A stretch of DNA of 57,180 nucleotides from an uncultured bacterium (GCA_903842365.1 CAIMLU010000018.1:1-57180), one strand, 5' to 3'. Counted from the first letter of the stretch, positions 35,167 to 44,414 are shown. Made by a program: numbers and translations. The notes: generated from the sequence alone by a model not told the origin.

Positions 35167-38100
35167 TTATGAGTATTCAACGTTTTATCCAAAAGACACT
35201 CTCGTGCTTACTTGTTGCAATGCTTGTTCTTGCTTCAGTTTTTTCTGATGCTTTTTTTATTGTTCCTCATGCAGATGCTGCCTTAAATCCAACACAAAGA
35301 GATTACGCGTTGACTATAGGGCCATCTATTGGTTCCACAGCGGCAAACTACGTTTATAGTACTTTTTTTAATCCTATTGGTTCAGGTACGTACTTTTTAA
35401 TAAAGCGTCTCAAGGTTAATTCAATTGCACTTGGTGCTGCAACCTTTCAAGATCTTGATGTGAGGCGAATTACAAATACATCGGGAGGGACGCAAGTGCT
35501 CGCGGCAAATATTCCAAAGAAAAATACAGCGTCATTAGATAGTGTTGCGGATGTACGGTCTAATCTTGGTACAACAGGCGTAACTTTTGTTGGATCGACT
35601 GATTCGAGGATTATTTCAACGGTAGCAGCAGCGGCAGCTGGTGTTTCGTATGGAAAAATGGAAAAGAATTTTGATGATTCTGAAAAACTTATCCTTGCTC
35701 CTGGTGAGGGTATAGCTCTCTACCAAACGGCTGCGGGTAGTGCAAACCAAGATATCAGTTTAACCGTTGAGTGGACAGAAAGCGTCGTAGCACCAACTTC
35801 ACAGAACGAATATTCGTTGACGTACACTCGCGTTGCGAATGCTGCAGGGGTGAATTATGTGTACGATTCTTTTTTTAATCCAGGTTCATCTGGAAATGCT
35901 GTTGTTGTAAAAAGTATTCGCGCTGACGTTGTTGGTATTGGCACTGCAACTTATTCAAATAACGTTTATCTTCAAAAAATAAGCGCTGCGTCAGCAGGTA
36001 CGCAAATTGCGACTACGAATATACCAAAGAAAAACAGTCTATCTGCAAACTCTACCAGTGAGGCACGTTACCTGGGTGTAACCGCGACTCTTTTAAGCAC
36101 GAGCACAAACTCTTCGTACATACGCATTATTCCTCCTGGACTCGCCAACCAAGCAGCGTCGCGTGAGGTTGTGTTTGGTGTAAATGATGAAAAAATAATT
36201 TTGAAGCCGAACGAAGGGCTCGCCCTTGTTTCATCCGCAGCGGGTAGTGCAAACCAAGTTGTTAAATTTACAATCGAGTGGCAGGAAGTTCCCCAGGGAT
36301 CCGCTTCTGGAGCACAGGGTGGATACTTCTATACGTTTCCTAGGGTTTCTTTCACCCCAACTGCGGGACAGGCATATAATTCTTTTTTCAATCCTTTGGG
36401 ATCAGGTAAGCACGTAACAATTAAGAGGATATATGCATCCGCAACCACCTGGGCTGGTGCTGCATACAATCAAATCAGTGTACGTAGAACAACGGCTGCA
36501 TCTGGTGGTAATGTAATACCGGTAACTAATATTACAAAGAAGCACGTTGATACTGGCAACTCGAGTATGCAATTTAGTACAAATGCTCCCACGATAACGT
36601 GGGCGGGTACAGCTGCTATGCGCATTGCAGCCATGACTGGTCCTGGAGCGCCGGGTCAGCGCAATGGTGAATTAGAGGTTTATTTTGGTGATAATGAACA
36701 GCTCGTCCTTGCCCCAGGTGAAGGTATTGCGCTCTATAGTGAAGTCACAGGTAGCGCAAACCAGATGGTGCTTTTTTCCCTTGAGTGGACCGAGAGCGTT
36801 TCTTTGCCGGTAGCACAAGGTGAATATGTCGCATCAATTGGGAACGTGTCTGGCTCAACTGTTTCGGGATACAATTACGCATCTTTTTTTAATCCTATTG
36901 GTTCAGGGAAGACATCGATTATTAAACGTGTTGGCTTTTCTGTTGATGCTGTAAACACTGCTCGCTATGTTCCAATAACTCTTCAGAGGATTACAGCGGT
37001 TTCTGGTGGAACACTCATTGCTACAACTAATTTAACTAAAAAAAATAACACATCATCGATTTCATTGATGACGGTGCGAAGTACTGGCGTGACGGCAACT
37101 CTCGCAGGGAACACTGATTCACGTATCATGAGTGCGATTACACCAGGCACAATATCAAGTGTTACAAACGACCAGCGTTCAGGAAAAATGGAATACATTT
37201 TTTCAACAGATGAACAGCTCGTTCTTGCTCCAGGTGAAGGTGTTACTTTGCGGCAAGAAGCTGCTGGGGACGCTGATTTTAGGGTTCGTTTAAATATTGA
37301 ATGGGCTGAAACAGCAATAGTTCCAAGCCCTAAAGGTGAACTTATTGCTTCGTTCGGTTCAATGACGGGTAGTTTGACCTCGGGATATGTTTACAGCTCT
37401 TTTTTAAATCCAGTCGCATCTGGCAAGGTGTATCTTGTTAATCGAATTGGTCTCCATGCCACACGTGTTGGCGCTGCAACATCACCAGTGTTTCAGCAGG
37501 TGGTAATACGTAGGATTACAAGCGCGTCAGGAGGTACCCTTGTTGTTCCCGCAAATATTCCTAAAAAAATATCAACAACAGCAGCGAGCGGTGCTGATCT
37601 CCGTAGAGGTTCAACGGTGACTTATTCAGGGGTTACTGGTTCACGTATCTTCAGTTTGTCTGCACCAGCGACAGTGGGCGGAACGAGTAGTGGGCATCAT
37701 TCTCTTGTTCCATCTGGTGATCAGATTATCCTTAAACCAGGCGAAGGAGTCGCGCTTTACCAAGAGAGTGCTGCAGGTGATACAAACGTAAGATTTTTTA
37801 TGACAGTTGGATGGAGTGAAATGGCGATATCTCAATCCGCGTATAGATTTTTCAGTAATACAGATAATCTTGCTGCATCTACGCCTCTTGCTCTTGCAAA
37901 TACCTTGGCAATAGCGCCAAGCATAAATGCACCTTTTAGGTTGCGCATGGTTCTTGACGTTAATGGTTCTAGTTTGGTTCAAAATCAAGACTCATTCAAA
38001 CTTCAATTTTCCTCAAGGGTTGGTTCATGTGACGCTTCCTTTGTAGGTGAGGCGTATACTGATGTGACAAATGCATCGGTTATTGCATGGAATGATAATG

Positions 38101-39152
38101 CATCCCTTGTGACTGGTGCTCAGGTTGCTCCAACATCTACAGATCCGCAGAGTGGTACAAAAACAAGGGTGTACGAGACGTATCAGGAGGCAAATTCTTT
38201 TACAAACGCATCATCAACATCAATTTATGATGGGCAAAGCGGTGTGTGGGATTTTTCTCTTGTAGATAATGGTGCACCACGTAACACTTCGTACTGTTTT
38301 AGAGTTGTTCGAAATGATGGCAGCACCCTTGAATCGTATTCAATTGTCCCAGAAATTATTACGGCACCAGCTGCGAATACACTTCCAGTAGCTTCTGGAA
38401 TTTCGATAGACTCTGGTGCAGCAAGTATTAACTTAATTGAAGGAACAACCAAGGCAGTTACATGTTCTGGTACCGTGACTGATAACAATGGTTTTGCTGA
38501 TATCCAATCAGTGACTGGAGATTTGTATCGCACCAGCCTCGGGACTTCTTCGCCGCTTGATATTAACAACCACTATCGCGTTTCTGGTAACACTCAATGC
38601 GTACCTTCTGCCGGTTCGGGATCAAGCGAAACGTATTCATGTCTTTTTCCAGTGTGGTTCCACGCTGAGCCGACCGATGTTGGTTCTCCTAATAGTGCTG
38701 ATACGTGGTCATGTTCAATGACACCTGTTGATAGTGTTGCAACAGGAACCCCTGCGAGTGGTTCGATAGAAATGGCATCGCTCTATGCGATTGATGTTAC
38801 GCCTTCGATTTCATACGGGACGCTCTCACCGAGCACAAATACTGGCTCCCTAAATGCGACAACCACGGTTACAAACACGGGTAACACAACAACAAACCTT
38901 GCGCTTTCTGGTGCAAATATGACAAGCGGTGGAGGTGCTATTGCGGTCGGTAGTCAAAAATATGCTTCATCCAACTTTGTTTATACATCTGGTGGTGTCG
39001 CGCTTACCACGGTCCCGACGAATCTTCCACTGGGACTTGCAAAAAAAGTTATTGCAACAACAACCTCTCCAATATATTGGGGGATTGGTGTGCCGAATGG
39101 TACACGCACTGGTGCGTATTCAGGTTCAATAACATTTACAGCTGGACCTTAA
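35163..39152 (+). CDS. giant secreted repeat protein (5 x ~170-aa module, a jelly-roll-like domain, and 2 Ig-like C-terminal domains)
   Basis: 1329 aa with a signal peptide ending PHADA. Five internal repeats. The C-terminal ~260 aa are paralogous to the next gene. ATGA overlap with the upstream gene. Confidence 0.85.
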   Translation: MIMSIQRFIQKTLSCLLVAMLVLASVFSDAFFIVPHADAALNPTQRDYALTIGPSIGSTAANYVYSTFFNPIGSGTYFLIKRLKVNSIALGAATFQDLDVRRITNTSGGTQVLAANIPKKNTASLDSVADVRSNLGTTGVTFVGSTDSRIISTVAAAAAGVSYGKMEKNFDDSEKLILAPGEGIALYQTAAGSANQDISLTVEWTESVVAPTSQNEYSLTYTRVANAAGVNYVYDSFFNPGSSGNAVVVKSIRADVVGIGTATYSNNVYLQKISAASAGTQIATTNIPKKNSLSANSTSEARYLGVTATLLSTSTNSSYIRIIPPGLANQAASREVVFGVNDEKIILKPNEGLALVSSAAGSANQVVKFTIEWQEVPQGSASGAQGGYFYTFPRVSFTPTAGQAYNSFFNPLGSGKHVTIKRIYASATTWAGAAYNQISVRRTTAASGGNVIPVTNITKKHVDTGNSSMQFSTNAPTITWAGTAAMRIAAMTGPGAPGQRNGELEVYFGDNEQLVLAPGEGIALYSEVTGSANQMVLFSLEWTESVSLPVAQGEYVASIGNVSGSTVSGYNYASFFNPIGSGKTSIIKRVGFSVDAVNTARYVPITLQRITAVSGGTLIATTNLTKKNNTSSISLMTVRSTGVTATLAGNTDSRIMSAITPGTISSVTNDQRSGKMEYIFSTDEQLVLAPGEGVTLRQEAAGDADFRVRLNIEWAETAIVPSPKGELIASFGSMTGSLTSGYVYSSFLNPVASGKVYLVNRIGLHATRVGAATSPVFQQVVIRRITSASGGTLVVPANIPKKISTTAASGADLRRGSTVTYSGVTGSRIFSLSAPATVGGTSSGHHSLVPSGDQIILKPGEGVALYQESAAGDTNVRFFMTVGWSEMAISQSAYRFFSNTDNLAASTPLALANTLAIAPSINAPFRLRMVLDVNGSSLVQNQDSFKLQFSSRVGSCDASFVGEAYTDVTNASVIAWNDNASLVTGAQVAPTSTDPQSGTKTRVYETYQEANSFTNASSTSIYDGQSGVWDFSLVDNGAPRNTSYCFRVVRNDGSTLESYSIVPEIITAPAANTLPVASGISIDSGAASINLIEGTTKAVTCSGTVTDNNGFADIQSVTGDLYRTSLGTSSPLDINNHYRVSGNTQCVPSAGSGSSETYSCLFPVWFHAEPTDVGSPNSADTWSCSMTPVDSVATGTPASGSIEMASLYAIDVTPSISYGTLSPSTNTGSLNATTTVTNTGNTTTNLALSGANMTSGGGAIAVGSQKYASSNFVYTSGGVALTTVPTNLPLGLAKKVIATTTSPIYWGIGVPNGTRTGAYSGSITFTAGP
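35280..37832 (+). repeat. five tandem divergent ~510-nt coding repeats (residues 40-890 of the giant protein)
   Basis: Each unit has Y-x-Y-[SD]-S-F-[FL]-N-P-x-G-S-G-K...[IV]-K-R, then V-R-R-I-T-x-x-S-G-G-T, N-I-[PT]-K-K, L-x-L-x-P-G-E-G-[IV]-A-L, G-S-A-N-Q and [IV]-E-W-x-E. Unit boundaries fall at about residues 40, 212, 381, 550, 722 and 891. Confidence 0.85.
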
Positions 39153-39222
39153 AATAAAATCCATCTGTGGATAACACAATTGATAGTAGATATGATAAAA
39201 TAGAAACGTAATTAATAAATAA

Positions 39223-40134
39223 ATGACTAAAGTACTTTTTAAATCTCGCATTGAAGCAATCATCGCAAGCTCAATTATACTTGTTGGTGTTATTGCCTTT
39301 GTTGCAAATGTCGCAGCTGACGCGGTCTCAACATCGGTCACGGTATCAAACGCTGCACCTGTGGTGAGCGGTGTGACCTTTAATAGTGGAGCAGCAATAA
39401 CGTTAACCGAGAACACCACTCGAACTGTTTACGCAACTTCCACCGTAACTGACGCAAACGGTTGTTCAACAATCGCTGCTGTTTCAGCTGACTTCCATAG
39501 AAACGGTATTGCAACGAGCTCTTGTAACACTATTGGTCAGGCAAACAATAGTAACTGTTACCCAGCGGTGACATGTACAGTTGTTTCTGGAACCTGTACT
39601 GGAGGATCTGACACTGCTGCTGATTATGTCTGTTCTACTGCTCTTCAGTACTACGCTGATCCTACAGACTCAGGAACATACGCTGCTCAGACATGGACTG
39701 CAGACATTGCAGCTGGTGACGGTGTTGCAACCACAAGTGGCTCTGGACTTGCCGAAGTTAATACTCTCAAGGCTCTTGATGTCACAGCTTCTATGAACTA
39801 CGGAACTCTTGCTGCCGGATCAAACACCGCTGCAGTGAACTCAACAACAACTGTTACAAATACAGGTAACAGTACAATGGATCCTCTTATCTCAGGTACT
39901 GATATGACAAGTGGTATTAACACATTGACTGTTGGAAACCAAAAATACGCCTCATCAACATTTACGTATGCAACAGGTGGTACCGCTCTCTCAACAACCC
40001 CTACAGCGGCTGCGATCAATCTCGCAAAACCAACAGGTGCAGCTGTTACAGGTAATGTGTCATGGGGTATCAACGTGCCTAACGGAACTGTTCCAGGTAG
40101 TTACAGCGGAACAAACACCTTTACAGCAAACTAA
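39223..40134 (+). CDS. secreted surface subunit, paralog of the C-terminus of the giant protein
   Basis: 303 aa with an N-terminal hydrophobic anchor or signal. Colinear with residues ~1072-1329 of the upstream protein (NAAPVVSGVTFNSGAA.. versus NTLPVASGISIDSGAA..; TTTVTNTGN; GNQKYASS; WGINVPNGTVPGSYSGTNTFTA versus WGIGVPNGTRTGAYSGSITFTA). Confidence 0.8.
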   Translation: MTKVLFKSRIEAIIASSIILVGVIAFVANVAADAVSTSVTVSNAAPVVSGVTFNSGAAITLTENTTRTVYATSTVTDANGCSTIAAVSADFHRNGIATSSCNTIGQANNSNCYPAVTCTVVSGTCTGGSDTAADYVCSTALQYYADPTDSGTYAAQTWTADIAAGDGVATTSGSGLAEVNTLKALDVTASMNYGTLAAGSNTAAVNSTTTVTNTGNSTMDPLISGTDMTSGINTLTVGNQKYASSTFTYATGGTALSTTPTAAAINLAKPTGAAVTGNVSWGINVPNGTVPGSYSGTNTFTAN

Positions 40135-40188
40135 TCTCTTAGAGGTTTCAAGGTTCCGATTCTTGAAACGTAATGTAATTTCCCTCAC

Positions 40189-41100
40189 GTGAAAAAAACC
40201 AACTTTCTATTTGTTATCGGAGTCATTCTATCCGCTTGTGTGCTTCCTCAAAGCGCACAAGCGGGTTTTGGCGTTTCTCCAGGCCTTGTTTCAGAACAGA
40301 ACCTTGTTCCCGGAGCACGCCTTGAACGTACGATTTATCTTGTTCAGGCTGATAATAATCAATCACTCGATGCTAAGGCGTCGGTGGATAGTGGATCAGC
40401 AAAGGAATTAAAGAACTGGGTTTCATTTGTACCGGGATCTTCATTTACTATTCCTGGCGGTGTGCAACAGTATCCATTAAAGATCGTTATGGTGATTCCA
40501 AGCGATGCAGAACTCGGTAAGTATACTGGTTCAGTTACAATAAACACGGTTCCACCAAAATCAGGTGAACAGATAACGGTTGCACTTGCCGCAAGGGTAA
40601 ATATAGACCTGTCGATCGGCAACAATGTTGTGTCTGATTTCTCGGTTCGTTCAATGAAAATTCTTGATGTCATTGAATCAGAGAACCCAAGGGTTGTATT
40701 TGATATAGCGAATATTGGAAATGTTCCGGTTGCTCCCGACGGAGCATCGTTCGAACTCTTGAATAAGTATGGTGATTTGAGGCTCGGGTACGCTGATGGT
40801 GATTTTACTGAAAAAGTTTCTTCATTTAGTGATAAAAAAATAACAGTAGATTTTCCTGTTGATTTTAAGTTAAGTGAAGGTGAATATTGGGGATACGTTA
40901 AGGTGTATAAGCAGGGAAAGGTAGTCGCTGAACTTAAGACTATCTTCAACGTAAATCCTGGATCATTCTTTGTGCGATATAGCACATCGATTGTTGTTGC
41001 TTCATTACTCGTCTTGATACTTGGGGTATTCGTTGTAATGCGAAACCGTAGAATCTCTCGGCTTAAATTAGAGCAGGGAAATGCAACACCTGTCGTTTAA
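40189..41100 (+). CDS. cell-surface protein with two beta-sandwich-like domains and a C-terminal TM anchor (DUF916/CARDB-NEW3-like)
   Basis: Signal peptide ends SAQA. GFGVSPG start, FDIANIGNVPVAP (CARDB-like N-x-G-N), and a C-terminal helix IVVASLLVLILGVFVVM followed by RNRR. Confidence 0.6.
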   Translation: MKKTNFLFVIGVILSACVLPQSAQAGFGVSPGLVSEQNLVPGARLERTIYLVQADNNQSLDAKASVDSGSAKELKNWVSFVPGSSFTIPGGVQQYPLKIVMVIPSDAELGKYTGSVTINTVPPKSGEQITVALAARVNIDLSIGNNVVSDFSVRSMKILDVIESENPRVVFDIANIGNVPVAPDGASFELLNKYGDLRLGYADGDFTEKVSSFSDKKITVDFPVDFKLSEGEYWGYVKVYKQGKVVAELKTIFNVNPGSFFVRYSTSIVVASLLVLILGVFVVMRNRRISRLKLEQGNATPVV

Positions 41101-42094
41101 GTATTGTGTGTTTATTGTGGCATTAATGGCGCTCTTTTTTCCAAGCGCCCTTTTTGCTACGTCAGTTGTTTCAGTTTCGTTAACGGTGCTTCCTTCTACG
41201 GCATGTTCGGACGGTATTGATAATGACGGTGATTTGAAGATAGACTATCCAAATGATCCTGGTTGTTTGTCGTCAATAAGTGTGTCTGAAGTTGACCCCA
41301 TTGTTTCTCCACCGAGCGGTGGTGGGGGAGGGGGAGGTGGGTATTCATCTTCAAATAGTGTGTCACCAATACTTGGCACAGGGAGGGCTGTTATTTTAGG
41401 GACATCATTTCCTAACGCTCAAGTCGTAGCGCTTGTTGATGGGGTGCAAAAATCAACAAGCACCACGCTAAGTAACGGTTCGTTTTCTATATCAGTCCAT
41501 AATATAGAACCAGGACTAAGGTCTTTTTCGGTGTATGCAATAGATGCTCTAAAGGTAAAAACTGCTTCTGTTTCAGTTTCAACAACTGTGAACGAAAATA
41601 CTGTGACAAACATAAGCGGTATTGTGTTGTCGCCGACGTTATCTGCCGATAAAACAGAGGTAAAAAAGGGGGGTACAGTACTTCTTACCGGTGTTACTGC
41701 TCCATTGCAGACGGTCTTTATTGAAATAAAATCAAATACAATATCAAAGACCATAACAACTCTTTCAAATAAGACTGGTGCATATTCTCTATCCTTAGAC
41801 ACAGGGACACTTGATTTGGGTTCCTATGCAATAAAGACGTACTGCGTAGATGGTAATAAACATGGACCATACAGTAGGAGTGTTGGTGTTGTTGTTGGCT
41901 TGAAAAATCTTTTCGCATTTACTTGTGGAAGTCGTGCTGATGTCAACGGTGATTGCAAAGTTAACCTCGTTGATTTTTCAATGGTTGCATATTGGTACAA
42001 GCGAAACAATCCACCGATAAGTGTTGATTTGAATGGGGATGGTAAGATAAGTTTAGCTGATTTTTCGATATTAGCATTTAATTGGACTGGGTAA
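41081..42094 (+). CDS. secreted dockerin-domain protein with Ig-like domains
   Basis: Signal peptide. CSDGIDNDGDLKIDYPNDPGC Asp-rich Cys-bounded motif. G8 linker. Two Ig-like segments. C-terminal duplicated Ca-binding dockerin repeats DVNGDCKVNLVDFS and DLNGDGKISLADFS. Confidence 0.72.
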   Translation: MQHLSFKYCVFIVALMALFFPSALFATSVVSVSLTVLPSTACSDGIDNDGDLKIDYPNDPGCLSSISVSEVDPIVSPPSGGGGGGGGYSSSNSVSPILGTGRAVILGTSFPNAQVVALVDGVQKSTSTTLSNGSFSISVHNIEPGLRSFSVYAIDALKVKTASVSVSTTVNENTVTNISGIVLSPTLSADKTEVKKGGTVLLTGVTAPLQTVFIEIKSNTISKTITTLSNKTGAYSLSLDTGTLDLGSYAIKTYCVDGNKHGPYSRSVGVVVGLKNLFAFTCGSRADVNGDCKVNLVDFSMVAYWYKRNNPPISVDLNGDGKISLADFSILAFNWTG

Positions 42095-42690
42095 TGAAGC
42101 GCATATTTTTTATTATTGGAATTGGACTCGTGTTACCTCTGCAGGGTGTCTTTGCTGCTGATGCGTCTTTTTCATTTCGTATTCCCGAAATGGTAATGGT
42201 TGGGATTCCCTCAAGACTTACGCTCTTACTTGATCCTCATGGTGATTCAATAAATGCTGTATCAGGATCTGTTGAAATCGTGGGATCAGCAAGTATCAGG
42301 CGAGTCAGTACAAGCTCATCAATTATTCCACTGTGGGTTTCTGGTCCAATACAATCTTCATCATCAATTGAATATGAAGGAATTATTCCTGGTGGTTTTG
42401 ATGGTGTGTACAGTGTCTCGGATCAGGATTTGAGGCCAGGATCAATGCTCTCATTTGAGATTATTACGAATGATGCTACCCCTGTAATCATCAGATCTCA
42501 CAATACTATTTATTTAAATGATGGAAAGGGAATTGGAATCCCTACACCTGATCAGGCATCTATTATTAACCCAATATTTCCACAGAGCGATAGTTCGAAT
42601 TTATCGGTAGTACGTAATTCAATTTTTGCATGTGGTATAATTCTCTCATTATGGTTTCTTCGAATTTTTTTCAAAAGGCGAAATATGTAA
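42094..42690 (+). CDS. cohesin-like domain protein with a C-terminal TM anchor
   Basis: Signal MKRIFFIIGIGLVLPLQGVFA. The beta-rich domain has a pattern similar to the cohesin of the next gene. C-terminal helix IFACGIILSLWFLRIFF. TAATG overlap with the upstream gene (the track start at 42082 is TTG). Confidence 0.55.
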   Translation: MKRIFFIIGIGLVLPLQGVFAADASFSFRIPEMVMVGIPSRLTLLLDPHGDSINAVSGSVEIVGSASIRRVSTSSSIIPLWVSGPIQSSSSIEYEGIIPGGFDGVYSVSDQDLRPGSMLSFEIITNDATPVIIRSHNTIYLNDGKGIGIPTPDQASIINPIFPQSDSSNLSVVRNSIFACGIILSLWFLRIFFKRRNM

Positions 42691-44414
42691 TTGTCCTTTG
42701 TGCTGTGTGTCTTTTTTTGCCACATTATCTTTTCGCACAATCGATTTCAATTACACCGAACTCTGCTAATCAGCCTGTTGGGAAATCTTTTACCCTAAGA
42801 GTCGCTGTTTCAAGTCCTAATCAAGCTGTAAATGCCTTTGCGGGAACAGTTTCATTTCCTAAAGACAAGCTCCAAGTCGTTTCTCTTTCAAAGACGGATT
42901 CGATTGTAAGTGTTTGGGTTGCTGACCCAATTTTTTCAAATGAAGAAGGTTTGGTGTCTTTTGAGGGCGTTGCACTTAATCCAGGATTCATAGGGGTATC
43001 TGGAAAGATTTTGAGCATAAATTTTAAATCAATTGCGCGTGGGGACGCAACGGTTACGGTCACAAATGCATCCGTTCTTGCAAACGATGGTACGGGTACT
43101 AATGTTTTGAATGGAATATCACCATCGATGATCACTATTGGTGGTGACACTGCATCTACGTTGGTTCCTAAAAAAGTAACAGTTGATCAGGTCAAAATAA
43201 GTTCTATCACTCACCCTGATGAACGAAAATGGTACCCAACTGGATCTGCAAAGTTTTCCTGGATTCCTCCTTTAGGTGCAACAAAATCTTTTGTATCTCT
43301 TGATAGGGATGTATCAGCTCAACCAAAAAAGATATATGACTCAGTGCTCTCAGTAAAAGAAATAGCAGGAATCGAAGATGGAACATGGTATTTTCATCTT
43401 GCTCTGGGAACGAAAGATTCAAAGGGTTCTGTGTCTACATATCGTATCAATGTTGACACTGTTGCTCCCTCAAGCTTTTCTGTTAAAGAAATTCCACGAA
43501 AAGATACAGCAAATCCGAAAGTTCAATTTGCATTCAGTGCCACAGATGAAACCTCGGGTATCGATAAGTATGATATTTCTATTGATAGTGGTTCTGTTGT
43601 GGGTTGGCGTGATCCTGGTGATGGTGTTTTTGAAACCGAAGCACTTTCTCCTGGTCGACACACTCTTTCGGTTAAGGCGTACGATGAGGCTGGAAACTAT
43701 ACTCCTGCTACCACGGATTTTTATGTGAGTGGGGTCGATGCTCCTACGATTATTTCATTTACTGACAGGGTTGCTAGTTCTGATACGGTGTCGGTATCTG
43801 GTCGCACCTACCCAAACGCATCTGTCGGTCTCTACATGAACGTTTTGGGTAAGGAATATGAATTCGCACGAACAACGAGTGGTGATGACGGTTTGTTTAA
43901 GGTGTCTTGGAAGCCAAACCCTATTTCAAGTGACACTATTGTTCTCGATTCAAAAAACCCAACATCACTGAAGGATGGTATTTTTGACGCATGGGTTGAT
44001 GCGGCTGTTGGTGGTGTGAAGACATATCCATCGCGTCGAGTTCAGGTTGTTGTAGATGCTCCTTTCTCAGTTGCTCTATCAAAATCCTTGTTTGAAGTCT
44101 CGATGTATCTTATGCCAGCAATTGCTATGATGGTTGTTGCTATACTAATTGCTCTGTATGGTACGCGAAAGGTGCTTTCCTTTAAAAAGGCAGTGGCAGT
44201 TGAGGCATCTGAAGCTGAGGATATTCTTCATAAGTCATTTAACATCTTACGTGAAGATATTGCTGAATATCGTGCTGCGGTTGAAAATGCAAAGACGAGG
44301 CGTCGAATCACAAAAGTTGAATCAGAACTTGTTGCTAGGTTGAATGATAATTTAGCTCAGGCCGAACGGGCGATTAAAAAAGAAGTTAAAGATATAGAGC
44401 ATATTACTGAATAA
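42630..44414 (+). CDS. cohesin-domain, Ig/fn3-like surface protein with a TM anchor and a cytoplasmic coiled-coil tail
   Basis: 594 aa with a signal peptide (alternative start ATG at 42651). The cohesin-like segment runs ISITPNSANQPVGKSFTLRVAVSS...GDATVTVTNASVLANDGTG. TM helix is MYLMPAIAMMVVAILIALYG. The C-terminal ~85 aa are charged and helical. Confidence 0.75.
   Translation: MWYNSLIMVSSNFFQKAKYVIVLCAVCLFLPHYLFAQSISITPNSANQPVGKSFTLRVAVSSPNQAVNAFAGTVSFPKDKLQVVSLSKTDSIVSVWVADPIFSNEEGLVSFEGVALNPGFIGVSGKILSINFKSIARGDATVTVTNASVLANDGTGTNVLNGISPSMITIGGDTASTLVPKKVTVDQVKISSITHPDERKWYPTGSAKFSWIPPLGATKSFVSLDRDVSAQPKKIYDSVLSVKEIAGIEDGTWYFHLALGTKDSKGSVSTYRINVDTVAPSSFSVKEIPRKDTANPKVQFAFSATDETSGIDKYDISIDSGSVVGWRDPGDGVFETEALSPGRHTLSVKAYDEAGNYTPATTDFYVSGVDAPTIISFTDRVASSDTVSVSGRTYPNASVGLYMNVLGKEYEFARTTSGDDGLFKVSWKPNPISSDTIVLDSKNPTSLKDGIFDAWVDAAVGGVKTYPSRRVQVVVDAPFSVALSKSLFEVSMYLMPAIAMMVVAILIALYGTRKVLSFKKAVAVEASEAEDILHKSFNILREDIAEYRAAVENAKTRRRITKVESELVARLNDNLAQAERAIKKEVKDIEHITE

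Noticed and set aside
40359-40985. 208-aa minus-strand ORF
   Set aside because: It is entirely antisense to the 40189-41100 surface protein gene, which has a signal peptide, a TM anchor and operon context.
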